This document shows, in pieces, positions 29,225-39,884 of a stretch of DNA of 64,000 nt. Origin of the DNA: a bacterium (GTDB lineage Bacteria; Zhuqueibacterota; Zhuqueibacteria; Oceanimicrobiales; Oceanimicrobiaceae); assembly GCA_037446635.1 (NCBI GenBank), contig JBBIIG010000001.1:181638-245637 (forward strand). The letters run 5' to 3'. The notes below the pieces were generated by a model, which was not told the DNA's origin, searched no databases, and saw only the letters and a list, made by a program, of their open reading frames with translations. The translations under genes were made by a program, and so were the position numbers. Positions within the stretch are counted from its first letter, which is position 1; each line of letters starts with the position of its first letter.

Positions 29225-29718
29225 CCTCTCTCCTTCCGCGCGATGAACGCCGCGCCAATCAACGCGGCGAGCAACAGCACCGAAACGATTTCAAACGGAA
29301 TCAAATAATCGGTCATAAAGTGTGTGCCCAATTTGGCGGAGGTGGGATTGAATTCCGCGGGCGCGTACGATGCCCACGGCGTTTTATACACCATCCGCAG
29401 CAGCACCGCCAGCACACCAGCCACCACCACCAAAGCCGGCAGCAGTTGCAGCGTGCCGGTGCGCATTTCGATGTTGGTGATGCGCTGCGTCAGCATTACG
29501 CCGAACACCAGAAGAATGAGAATCCCGCCAACATAAACCAGAATTTGCACCACCGCCACAAAATCCGCGGCCAGCAGAACATAAATTCCCGCCACCCCAA
29601 AAAACGCAAACAACAGCCCGACGGCCGAGTAAATGACGTTCCGCGAAAAAACCAGAACAAGTGCGGACACAACGGTCAACGCAGCCAGAGCGTAAAAAAA
29701 GAGGTCAAATAAGTTCAT
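29221..29718 (-). CDS. nuoJ: NADH-quinone oxidoreductase subunit J
   Basis: ADFVAVVQILVYVGGILIL...YLIPFEIVSVLLLAALIGA. Confidence 0.95.
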   Translation of the reverse strand: MNLFDLFFYALAALTVVSALVLVFSRNVIYSAVGLLFAFFGVAGIYVLLAADFVAVVQILVYVGGILILLVFGVMLTQRITNIEMRTGTLQLLPALVVVAGVLAVLLRMVYKTPWASYAPAEFNPTSAKLGTHFMTDYLIPFEIVSVLLLAALIGAAFIARKERG

Positions 29719-29740
29719 GGACTTAGCTTTTTTAAATGGA

Positions 29741-29852
29741 ATGGATCAATGGATCGTTGGATCAATGAATCAAAGTCAAGACTTGAGCATTGATCCATTA
29801 ATCCACTACTCCATTACTCCACGTTCTAAGCAACTGAGATTCCATTAACGTA
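29741..29852. repeat. 8-mer-based (ATGGATCA/CTCCATTA) palindromic element, copy 1
   Basis: 29788-29852 matches 34575-34639 at 57 of 65 positions by manual alignment. Confidence 0.8.
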
Positions 29853-29881
29853 AGCTTTTCAAACTTGCGAAATTATTCAGG

Positions 29882-30925
29882 TCAGAGTATCATATAGACT
29901 CCGACGCCCACAATCGCCACGAAGCCGAACGGCAGCAGTACCTTCCAGCACACGTACATCAATTGATCGACGCGCACCCGCGGCAAAGTCCAGCGCAGCC
30001 ACATTTGCACGAAGATCAAGAACGCGGCTTTAGCCACTATCCAGAAGATTTGAAACGGCCCCGAATTCAAGAAATTTCCAAACGGACTCGACCAGCCGCC
30101 GAGGAACAGGGTCGCGCCAATCACACCCACCAAAAACATATTGGCGTATTCCGCGAGAAAAAACATCGCCCATTTCATGCCGCTGTACTCGGTATGAAAG
30201 CCGGCTACGATTTCGGACTCGGCTTCGGGGATGTCGAATGGCGCGCGGTTGACTTCGGCCAGTGAAGCGACGAAATAAATAATGAACGCAATAAAATTGA
30301 ACGGGAAAAATTGCCACACCAGCCACTTGTGAAATCCCCCCACTTGATAACTCACAATGGCGCCCAGATTCATGCTGCCAACGGTCATAATCGCGGCAAG
30401 CACCGCCAGCGTGGCCGGCACCTCGAAGCTCACCACCTGCGCCGCGGAGCGCATCGCGCCTAACAGCGACCACTTGTTATTCGATGCCCAGCCGGCCAAA
30501 ATAATTCCCACCACCACAAACGAAGAGATGGCGATGACGTACAACACGCCCACGTTCAAATCGCTGGCAACGATGTTTTGACCAAAGGGCAAAACCGCAA
30601 ACGCGGCAAGGGTGGCAGCGAAGACGATGACCGGCGCCAACAGGTGCAGCTTTTTATCGGCGGCGGCGGGTACGATGTCTTCCTTCAGTAAAAGCTTGAT
30701 AGCATCCGCGAAGGTTTGCACCACCCCATGCCATCCGACGTACATCGGGCCGAGGCGGTTCTGCATGTGCGCGGAAACTTTGCGCTCGGCATAGACGCCC
30801 ACCAGTGCCAATACCGCAGCAAAAACAGTGAGCACCACCGCGCTCAACACCATGGCTAAAATAGTGAGAGTTGTAACGGAGAGGAACGACTGACGACTGG
30901 CTAACTCATTGATGAATTCTTGCAT
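29882..30925 (-). CDS. nuoH: NADH-quinone oxidoreductase subunit H
   Basis: [58 protein letters not shown]. Confidence 0.97.
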   Translation of the reverse strand: MQEFINELASRQSFLSVTTLTILAMVLSAVVLTVFAAVLALVGVYAERKVSAHMQNRLGPMYVGWHGVVQTFADAIKLLLKEDIVPAAADKKLHLLAPVIVFAATLAAFAVLPFGQNIVASDLNVGVLYVIAISSFVVVGIILAGWASNNKWSLLGAMRSAAQVVSFEVPATLAVLAAIMTVGSMNLGAIVSYQVGGFHKWLVWQFFPFNFIAFIIYFVASLAEVNRAPFDIPEAESEIVAGFHTEYSGMKWAMFFLAEYANMFLVGVIGATLFLGGWSSPFGNFLNSGPFQIFWIVAKAAFLIFVQMWLRWTLPRVRVDQLMYVCWKVLLPFGFVAIVGVGVYMIL

Positions 30926-30953
30926 CCGCGCTTCGGTCTTCCTTTCCCCTCAG

Positions 30954-31379
30954 TTATGAGGCCAGTTCTTCGGAAAGAATTTTGTAAGATGGAATGAGTT
31001 TCGGGTCTGGAACGGCTTGAGGTTTATCCCACTCCAGATCTCCCTTCGCCCACACGTACGCCAGCCCAACCAGCAGAATGAAAACAAATATCATCATTTC
31101 CACTAAGGCAAAGGCGCCCAAATTTTTGAACACCTCCGCCCACGGAAAGAGGAACACAATTTCGACTTCAAAGATCAGAAACACCAACGCAATGACATAA
31201 AACCGGATATTGAATTGAATCCACGATTGGCCGACGGGGAGCTCGCCGCATTCATAGGTACTGATTTTGCCGGGGTGCGGGTTGCGCGTTTGGATGATTC
31301 GCGAAAGAATCACGTTCCCAACCACAAACAGCCCTCCGAAAATCAGGAAGACCAAAATCGTGGCGAAATCGAATAACAT
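30954..31379 (-). CDS. nuoA: NADH-quinone oxidoreductase subunit A
   Basis: Start 31379 (AAAAGGA RBS). KISTYECGE, FYVIALVFLIFEVEIVFLFPW, KGDLEW. Confidence 0.95.
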   Translation of the reverse strand: MLFDFATILVFLIFGGLFVVGNVILSRIIQTRNPHPGKISTYECGELPVGQSWIQFNIRFYVIALVFLIFEVEIVFLFPWAEVFKNLGAFALVEMMIFVFILLVGLAYVWAKGDLEWDKPQAVPDPKLIPSYKILSEELAS

Positions 31380-31434
31380 AAAATTCCTTTTGAACGAAAC
31401 GGGGTAAGACGACTGGTGAAAATTCAACGGGCGT

Positions 31435-31463
31435 AGTATAATAAATTTTTGATTTTTAGTCAA
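31435..31463 (-). promoter_or_regulatory. Sigma-70 promoter of the nuo operon
   Basis: TTGACT-N17-TATACT. Confidence 0.65.
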
Positions 31464-31602
31464 GACATAAAAATAAAAAATCGCTTGGCAAGTACAGACA
31501 GGCAAACCAAAACAGCTGAAAATAAACACTTGCCCCTGTCTATTGAATGGTTTATATTCCAGCCATTAAAATCACTCCAATTAAAATGAAAGGGGACAGC
31601 CC

Positions 31603-33042
31603 ATGCCCATGAGACGAATGGTTCTCTGTTTTTTACTGCTACTCACCGCCAGCGCTTTAGCCCAACCGCTGCAATTGGATATGGAGGTGTTCGCCAAACG
31701 CCGCGCCGATTTCATGGAAAAAATGGAACCCAACAGCGTCGCCTTTTTTCCGTGCAAGCCGGTCTATCTGCGCAACCTTGACGTGGAATACGTCTATCGC
31801 CAGGAAAGCAATTTCTACTACCTCAGCGGCTTCGAGGAACCCGAATCGGTTCTGCTTATTAACCCCTCCCACCCAAAATATAAATTCGTGATGTTCGTCC
31901 GCAAACGGGATTTGCGCCGGGAGACGTACGACGGCCCCCGCGCCGGCATCGAAGGCGCCATGACCACCTTCCGCGCTGATACTGTTTTATATTATGATGA
32001 CTTCCCCCGCGCCGCCTGGCAATTCATTCAATTCGACCGCCCGCTTTATTACACCTTCGGAATCAATCCGGAGCTTGACGACAAAATGCGCGAGTCCTTT
32101 GTTGAGCGCCGCGCCGGCGGCAACTGGCCCATCAACGATCCGTCGCCCATTCTGGCGCGGATGCGGCTTATCAAGAACGACGGCGATTGGACAATGGGGC
32201 TGAAAAAAGCCATCGAGATTTCGGCGCTGGCGCACCTCGAGGCCATCAAATCCATCGAGCCCGGGATGAACGAGTGCGAAATTCAGGCGGTGTTTGAATA
32301 CGTCTATCGTAAAAACGGCTCGCCCCGCAACGGCTACCCCTGCATCGTCGGCTCCGGACCCAACAGCACCATTTTGCATTACAACATCAACAATCGCCAG
32401 ATGCGCGACGGCGAAGTGATTTTGATGGATTGCGCCGCGGAGTACGGCTACTATTCCGCCGACATCACCCGCACCGTGCCGGTGAACGGCAAATTCAGCA
32501 ATGAGCAGCGGGAGATTTATGAAATCGTTTTGGCAGCGCAGGAGGCCGGCATCAAAATGGTGAAGCCGGGCATCAAGAAAAGTGAGATCGACGACGCCAT
32601 CAGCGAAATTCTCGGCAGCGGGCTGGTGAAGTTAGGGTTCATCAAAGATAAAAAAGATCACCGCCTGTTCACGCTGCATGGCTACGCCCACTGGATTGGA
32701 CTGGAGGTGCACGACGTCGGTAGTTACACCGAAAACGGCAAATCGGTGACGCTGCAGCCCGGCATGGTGTTCACCATCGAGCCGGGGATTTACGTGCGCC
32801 CGGACGTGTTCGACAAAATGAAAGAGCGCGGCTACGGCGAAGAAGAGATTGCGAACATTCGCCCGAAGGTTGAAAAGTACATGCACATCGGCGTGCGCAT
32901 TGAGGATGATATTGTGGTTACAGAAAGCGGTTACGAAAACCTCAGCGCCGCGGTGCCGCGGGAGATCGACGCCATCGAAAAACTGATGCGGGAAAAGGGC
33001 ATCGGCAACGAGGCGCTCACGAATTCAGTCACCCAAAAATAG
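31603..33042 (+). CDS. pepP: Xaa-Pro aminopeptidase (M24B), signal peptide
   Basis: YRQESNFYYLSG, ILHY, ADITRT, HWIGLEVHD, TIEPGIY, GVRIEDD. Confidence 0.92.
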   Translation: MPMRRMVLCFLLLLTASALAQPLQLDMEVFAKRRADFMEKMEPNSVAFFPCKPVYLRNLDVEYVYRQESNFYYLSGFEEPESVLLINPSHPKYKFVMFVRKRDLRRETYDGPRAGIEGAMTTFRADTVLYYDDFPRAAWQFIQFDRPLYYTFGINPELDDKMRESFVERRAGGNWPINDPSPILARMRLIKNDGDWTMGLKKAIEISALAHLEAIKSIEPGMNECEIQAVFEYVYRKNGSPRNGYPCIVGSGPNSTILHYNINNRQMRDGEVILMDCAAEYGYYSADITRTVPVNGKFSNEQREIYEIVLAAQEAGIKMVKPGIKKSEIDDAISEILGSGLVKLGFIKDKKDHRLFTLHGYAHWIGLEVHDVGSYTENGKSVTLQPGMVFTIEPGIYVRPDVFDKMKERGYGEEEIANIRPKVEKYMHIGVRIEDDIVVTESGYENLSAAVPREIDAIEKLMREKGIGNEALTNSVTQK

Positions 33043-33048
33043 GCGGGG

Positions 33049-33444
33049 TCAGGGCCAGACATCCGGCGTGGCCAGCTCCAGCGAGTTGCCGCTGGGATCG
33101 CGAAAATAGATCGATCGGCCGCCCTCAGGCCACTGGTGTTCAATTTCAATGGGAATGTTCAACTCGGCCAGCCGCATTCGCCAAAAATCCAAATCCTTGT
33201 GCGCGATGGTAAAGGCGGCGTGCCCCTCGCCGACCGCGCCGTGGGTGGCCGCCGCGGAACCGGGCTGGCGGGTTTCTTCCGGGTTAAAAAGCAGCAGCAT
33301 GCTTTCCCCCACGCGAAAAAAGACGTGGCGGTTGCCGCTTTTAGAATAAGTCGCCAACTCAAAGAGGGTTCGATAAAATCGCTCGGACTCATCGATGTCG
33401 GTGACGTAGAGCGCGGTTTCAAGAATTTGGTTGATCAGCGCCAT
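33049..33444 (-). CDS. VOC/glyoxalase family protein
   Basis: ILETALYV...GHAAF...SIYFRDPSGNSLEL. Confidence 0.9.
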   Translation of the reverse strand: MALINQILETALYVTDIDESERFYRTLFELATYSKSGNRHVFFRVGESMLLLFNPEETRQPGSAAATHGAVGEGHAAFTIAHKDLDFWRMRLAELNIPIEIEHQWPEGGRSIYFRDPSGNSLELATPDVWP

Positions 33445-33694
33445 ATTTTTTCAGAATACATGCGGGCACGACTTGCAAAATACTCATATTTTGTGGTGGC
33501 ATGTGATAAAAGTAAAGAAATCAAGTCATTTTCTTTCAGCCAATCCGGAACGTTGACTGTTTTCTTATGTAACATGGGTTTCACCGCTACTTAAATTTAA
33601 GCAAAAAATAATTCAATGAGCGCTAAATAGCAAGTGTCAAATAAAGTTTAAAAGATGACAAAAAATTGCTCGCGAAAATTTCCCCACCCTTCCC

Positions 33695-33723
33695 TTGCTT
33701 TTTAAATCTCCCTGCCTTATATT
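33695..33723 (+). promoter_or_regulatory. Sigma-70 promoter of the sdh operon
   Basis: TTGCTT-N17-TATATT. Confidence 0.5.
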
Positions 33724-33800
33724 CAGCACGGCAAAATTAAACCGCCTGCCTCATGATTCGTCTCAAAGCCATACTGATTAAAAACTCTGGAGCTTGACCT

Positions 33801-34478
33801 ATGCTGCCACTTGCCAAAGCGCTGTGGTCTTCGGTAGGCAAGAAATTTATCATGGCCCTCACGGGTTTAGCCATGGTGATTTTCCTCGTCGAACACCTCA
33901 GCGGCAACCTACTTTTGTTCAGTCCAAATCCCAATCCCTACAACAAATATTCGCATTTTCTACTGAGCTTTGGCTGGCTGCTCTATGTTGCTGAGTTTAT
34001 TCTGATCGCGATTCTGCTTTTTCACATGGTTTCCGCTATCAGCATCACGCTCGGCAAAAAGAAAGCGCGGCCCATCGATTACGCCAAAACTGCCAACGCC
34101 GGCGGCCCCAGCAAAAAGTCCATCGCTTCCACAACCATGATTTACACCGGCATCGCGCTGTTTATCTTTCTAGTGATTCATTTGAAGACGTTCAAGTTTG
34201 GCCCGGTTTACCTCACCGATGTCGATGGCCAGGAGATGCGCGACTTGCATGCATTAGTCTGGGAGGTCTTCCGCAAACCTGGCTACGTCATCTGGTACGT
34301 CGCCGCGATGATCTTCCTCGGCTCGCATTTATGGCACGGCTTCTGGAGCGCGTTCCAATCGCTGGGCATCAGCCATCCGCGCTACACGCCGATCATTTAC
34401 GGCGCCGGCATTTTCGTGGCTGTGGTTTTGGCGGTGGGATTTCTCGGCATTCCACTCTGGATATTTTTTATGGGCTGA
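33801..34478 (+). CDS. sdhC: Succinate dehydrogenase/fumarate reductase cytochrome b558 subunit
   Basis: SSVGKKFIMALTG, HLSGN, HLWHGFWSAFQSLG. Confidence 0.93.
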   Translation: MLPLAKALWSSVGKKFIMALTGLAMVIFLVEHLSGNLLLFSPNPNPYNKYSHFLLSFGWLLYVAEFILIAILLFHMVSAISITLGKKKARPIDYAKTANAGGPSKKSIASTTMIYTGIALFIFLVIHLKTFKFGPVYLTDVDGQEMRDLHALVWEVFRKPGYVIWYVAAMIFLGSHLWHGFWSAFQSLGISHPRYTPIIYGAGIFVAVVLAVGFLGIPLWIFFMG

Positions 34479-34538
34479 ACTATTCCTAAACTGTTAAGAA
34501 ACGACAAGGGCACTCGTGACTAAGGCTCATCAAATACA

Positions 34539-34639
34539 GTGGATGGATGGATCACTGGATTAATGCCGACCTGTCATTGATCCATTAATCCAAAGCTCCA
34601 TTACTCCACGTTCTAATCAACCGAGATTTTATTAACATA
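34539..34639. repeat. 8-mer-based palindromic element, copy 2 (between sdhC and sdhA)
   Basis: TGGATCACTGGATTAATG...CATTGATCCATTAATCCA...CTCCATTACTCCACGTTCTAA; homologous to 29741-29852. Confidence 0.8.
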
Positions 34640-34692
34640 GAACTTGGCAGTTTTAAAAGCTGTGTTATTAATTCAGGATAGGAGCATGATAG

Positions 34693-36606
<1,914 letters not shown>

Positions 36607-36627
36607 GTATTGCTGTGAGGAATTTCA

Positions 36628-36966
36628 ATGAAGAATCTAACGCGAATAACCTTTCATCCAAACGTCATGGGTGGCAAACCTTGCATTCGCGGAATGCGAG
36701 TGACCGTCGGTACGATTGTGGGACTTGTTGCTGGCTTTTTTAAGAAACAAAGAATGGAAGCACAGCACTGGTCGATGATAGGTGATCCGAGAGCATCCGA
36801 TAGCACAATAATGGAGTGGGCACGAGCAAATGGTTATGTTCTATTTACCCATGATCTGGACTTTGGGACATTATTAGCAACGACAAAAGCACAAACAGGC
36901 TCTCGAAAAAGAGCGTTGATAACCATAGACGAATCTAAATCTCGAGTACGCGTATTGCCGTTTTAG
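36628..36966 (+). pseudogene. In-frame chimera of DUF433 antitoxin N-terminus and partial DUF5615 PIN-like toxin
   Basis: RITFHPNVMGGKPCIRGMRVTVGTIVGLVAG joined to HWSMIGDPRASDSTIMEWARANGYVLFTHDLDFG...RVRVLPF. Confidence 0.8.
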
Positions 36967-37000
36967 TAATCACGTAAAACATTGGAGAGTTAAGAAAACA

Positions 37001-37750
37001 ATGCAAAACATGACCCTCAACCTCAAAATCTGGCGGCAAAAAAATTCACACAGCAAAGGCCAGTTCGTCACTTACAAACTCGAGAACGTATCTCAGCACA
37101 TGTCCTTTCTGGAAATGTTGGACGTCCTCAACGAGAAGCTCATCAAAGAAGGACAGGATCCGGTGGAATTCGACAACGACTGCCGCGAGGGCATCTGCGG
37201 CATGTGCAGCATGGTGATCAACGGCGTGGCGCACGGCCCGTGGAAAGCCACCGCCACCTGCCAGCTTCACATGCGGCAGTACAAGGACGGCGACACCATC
37301 GTCATCGAGCCGTGGCGGGCGCGCGGCTTTCCAGTTATCAAAGATTTGGTGGTGGACCGCAGCGCGTTCGATCGCATCATCGCCGCAGGCGGCTACATTT
37401 CCATGAACGTCGGTGGCGCGCCGGACGCCAACGCCCTCCCCATTCCCAAAGACATCGCCGAGGAAGCGATGGACGCGGCAGCCTGCATTGGCTGCGGCGC
37501 GTGCGTGGCGGCGTGTCCCAACGCTTCGGCGTCGCTATTTGTGGCCGCCAAAATCTCGCAGCTTGCGCTGCTGCCGCAGGGGCAACCCGAACGCAAACGC
37601 CGTGTGCTGCGCATGGTGGAACAAATGGACAAAGAGGGCTTCGGCGATTGCTCCAATCATGGGGAATGCGAAGCCGTTTGCCCGAAGGAAATTTCCATTT
37701 CCCACATCGCGCGCATGAGGCGGGAGTATTGGCGGGCGATGTTCAGTTGA
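37001..37750 (+). CDS. sdhB: Succinate dehydrogenase/fumarate reductase iron-sulfur subunit
   Basis: [33 protein letters not shown]. Confidence 0.97.
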   Translation: MQNMTLNLKIWRQKNSHSKGQFVTYKLENVSQHMSFLEMLDVLNEKLIKEGQDPVEFDNDCREGICGMCSMVINGVAHGPWKATATCQLHMRQYKDGDTIVIEPWRARGFPVIKDLVVDRSAFDRIIAAGGYISMNVGGAPDANALPIPKDIAEEAMDAAACIGCGACVAACPNASASLFVAAKISQLALLPQGQPERKRRVLRMVEQMDKEGFGDCSNHGECEAVCPKEISISHIARMRREYWRAMFS

Positions 37751-37756
37751 CATCGG

Positions 37757-37786
37757 ACGTTTACTAAACTTTGGAAGTTTAGTAAA
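37757..37786. repeat. TTTACTAAAC-family palindrome, copy 2
   Basis: TTTACTAAACTT-TGG-AAGTTTAGTAAA. Confidence 0.7.
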
Positions 37787-37808
37787 ACATGATGCTTCAC
37801 GCGGATTC

Positions 37809-37843
37809 AAAAACCACACGGAAAAGCCGGTGTGGTTTTTTTT
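37809..37843 (+). terminator. Intrinsic terminator after sdhB
   Basis: AAAAACCACAC-N10-GTGTGGTTTTTTTT. Confidence 0.7.
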
Positions 37844-37863
37844 GTTCATGTATGCTTTTCCGA

Positions 37864-37922
37864 AAAATATTTGGTTGACAACCAAATATTTTCTCAATAT
37901 TTTCGACTGAAAACCAAATATT
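37864..37922 (+). promoter_or_regulatory. Sigma-70 promoter overlapped by an operator-like palindrome
   Basis: TTGACA-N17-TATTTT; AAAATATTTGGTT-gac-AACCAAATATTTT; a third half-site at 37912-37922. Confidence 0.6.
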
Positions 37923-37931
37923 GTGCGGCAC

Positions 37932-39194
37932 ATGAAAGAAATACTCCACTTGCTGAATCCCCATTGGAGAGGCGCGGAACTCAAACTGGGAGTCACGCGG
38001 CTGGACTATTTGCAGGCGCTACTTTCTAACCTTGAACGACAGGAAGTGAGCATACTCGTCGGCTCACGCCGCGTTGGCAAAACCACTCTCATGTTTCAAG
38101 CCATTCACCATTTGATCGCCCACAAAGGGATTACGCCAAATCAAATCCTCTACGTCTCCCTCGATCATCTGGCGCTGGCAGATTTTACTATACCAAAAAT
38201 AATCGAAGGCTTTCGAGCTGAGTTTCGGCATCCCCGTGACCGACCTTTGTATCTGTTTTTCGATGAAATTCAAAACGTCTCCGAATGGTCACAGCACTTG
38301 AAAAATCTGGTTGATTTCGAAAAGGTGAGAATATGTGTCGCTGGCTCCTCGTCCTTGCTGCTGAAACAACAGGAAAGCTATTTGACCGGGCGCACGCTGC
38401 GTATGATGATTTTCCCACTGAGCTACCGTGAGTTTTTGACGTTCAAAAACGTGATGCCCGGTCCGACGGAATTGTATCGTCATGATGGACTGTTGATCGA
38501 CTATCTTTATCAAGGGGGGTATCCGGAACAAATTCTTTCTCCCCATCCCACTTACCTCGTGGACTTGCTCGATAATGTGATCAATAAAGACATAGTCCGT
38601 GTCTATAGCATCAAAAGTCCGGAAGTTTTAAACAAGCTTTTGCTGCTGCTTGCCCAACGCCTTGGCCAGCGCACCAGCCATAGCAAGCTGAAAAATATTC
38701 TACGCGTATCACACGATATGGTACGCGATTACATCGGGCATTTGAAGGACGCATATCTCATCTACGAGGTACCGAAATTTTCCTATTCGGTAAACGAGCA
38801 AGTTTATGCCGAGAAAAAATATTACTTCGCCGATACCGGACTGCGCACGGCTCTGCTTGGACAGCGAGACCTCGGCGGGCTAGCGGAAAACGCGCTTTTC
38901 CTTTATTTACAAAAACGATTTGGCCAGGTCTTCTACGGCCGCGCCAATAGCTACGAAGCCGATTTCGTTGTTCTGGAGCACGGACAGCCGCGCATTTATG
39001 AATCAAAATTCAGCGAGCAAATCAATGACGACGAGCTGAAACCACTGCTGAAATTCTTGAACAAGTTCAAACCAGAAGCCCATGCTGCCGAAGCAACCGT
39101 GGCCACTCGCTCTATTCGTGAATCTCGTGTCAGCGCAGAGAAGCCGATACAGTTCATCCCGCTTTGGATGCTTTTCATGCAAGGCAACTATTGA
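37932..39194 (+). CDS. AAA_14 ATPase with DUF4143 / PD-(D/E)XK-like C-terminus
   Basis: GSRRVGKT, FFDEIQ, GSSS, LTGR, GGYP, KYYFADTG, EADFV...ESK. Confidence 0.88.
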   Translation: MKEILHLLNPHWRGAELKLGVTRLDYLQALLSNLERQEVSILVGSRRVGKTTLMFQAIHHLIAHKGITPNQILYVSLDHLALADFTIPKIIEGFRAEFRHPRDRPLYLFFDEIQNVSEWSQHLKNLVDFEKVRICVAGSSSLLLKQQESYLTGRTLRMMIFPLSYREFLTFKNVMPGPTELYRHDGLLIDYLYQGGYPEQILSPHPTYLVDLLDNVINKDIVRVYSIKSPEVLNKLLLLLAQRLGQRTSHSKLKNILRVSHDMVRDYIGHLKDAYLIYEVPKFSYSVNEQVYAEKKYYFADTGLRTALLGQRDLGGLAENALFLYLQKRFGQVFYGRANSYEADFVVLEHGQPRIYESKFSEQINDDELKPLLKFLNKFKPEAHAAEATVATRSIRESRVSAEKPIQFIPLWMLFMQGNY

Positions 39195-39387
39195 CGAGCG
39201 CAGTGGCCAAACCGACTGGCGTTTTTAACTCCGTCAAAAACCCGCGAAATTTTAGTTTCTAACTAAAAATCCTGTAAAGAAATCTCTACAACTGTTTTAT
39301 AGAATTGATAGAAACGATTTCGAATTAATACAAATCATTCGTCTTTAAATTGACGACATTCACACCCCAAACCGAAAGGAGCAAATC

Positions 39388-39735
39388 ATGGCAGCGCCAG
39401 TTGTTCATTTTGAAGTCATCGGAAAGGATGGCAAAAAATTGCAGAACTTCTACAGCAAACTATTCGACTGGAAAATCAACGCCGACAATCCCCTGAATTA
39501 CGGACTGGTGGAAGCAGGATCGGGCGGCATCGGCGGCGGCATTGGCGCCGCGCAGCCCGGACAACCCGCATCCGTAACGTTTTACGTGGGCGTGCCAGAC
39601 GTCAAAGCGGCATTGAAAAAGGCCGAAAGCCTGGGCGGAAAAACCGTGGTGCCCGAAACCGAGATTCCTAACATGGTCACGTTCGGAATGTTCGCGGATC
39701 CGGAAGGCAACCACGTGGGGGTGGTGCAGCAGTAA
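39388..39735 (+). CDS. VOC family protein
   Basis: PVVHFEV...FYSKLFDW...FADPEGNHVG; AAGGAG RBS. Confidence 0.9.
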   Translation: MAAPVVHFEVIGKDGKKLQNFYSKLFDWKINADNPLNYGLVEAGSGGIGGGIGAAQPGQPASVTFYVGVPDVKAALKKAESLGGKTVVPETEIPNMVTFGMFADPEGNHVGVVQQ

Positions 39736-39847
39736 TTGCTGGTGGTTCCTCCCTCATTTTCGCTTTTTTAAAAATGGAGGAGGTTCGTACCATTACCTAC
39801 GGTTCACAATTTGTTTTTTAGAAATAAAAAACAAACTGCAAATGGAG

Positions 39848-39877
39848 AATTGTGAATTGTCAATTGTCAATTGTGAA
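39848..39877. repeat. Tandem 7-mer AATTGT(C/G)
   Basis: AATTGTG AATTGTC AATTGTC AATTGTG. Confidence 0.6.
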
Positions 39878-39884
39878 CTATGGA

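Noticed and set aside
29741..29852. CRISPR array
   Set aside because: 8-mer tandem/inverted units without unique spacers; no cas genes in the window.
29719..29881. nuoI remnant
   Set aside because: No CxxCxxC motif or NuoI-like translation seen; the gap is repeat DNA.
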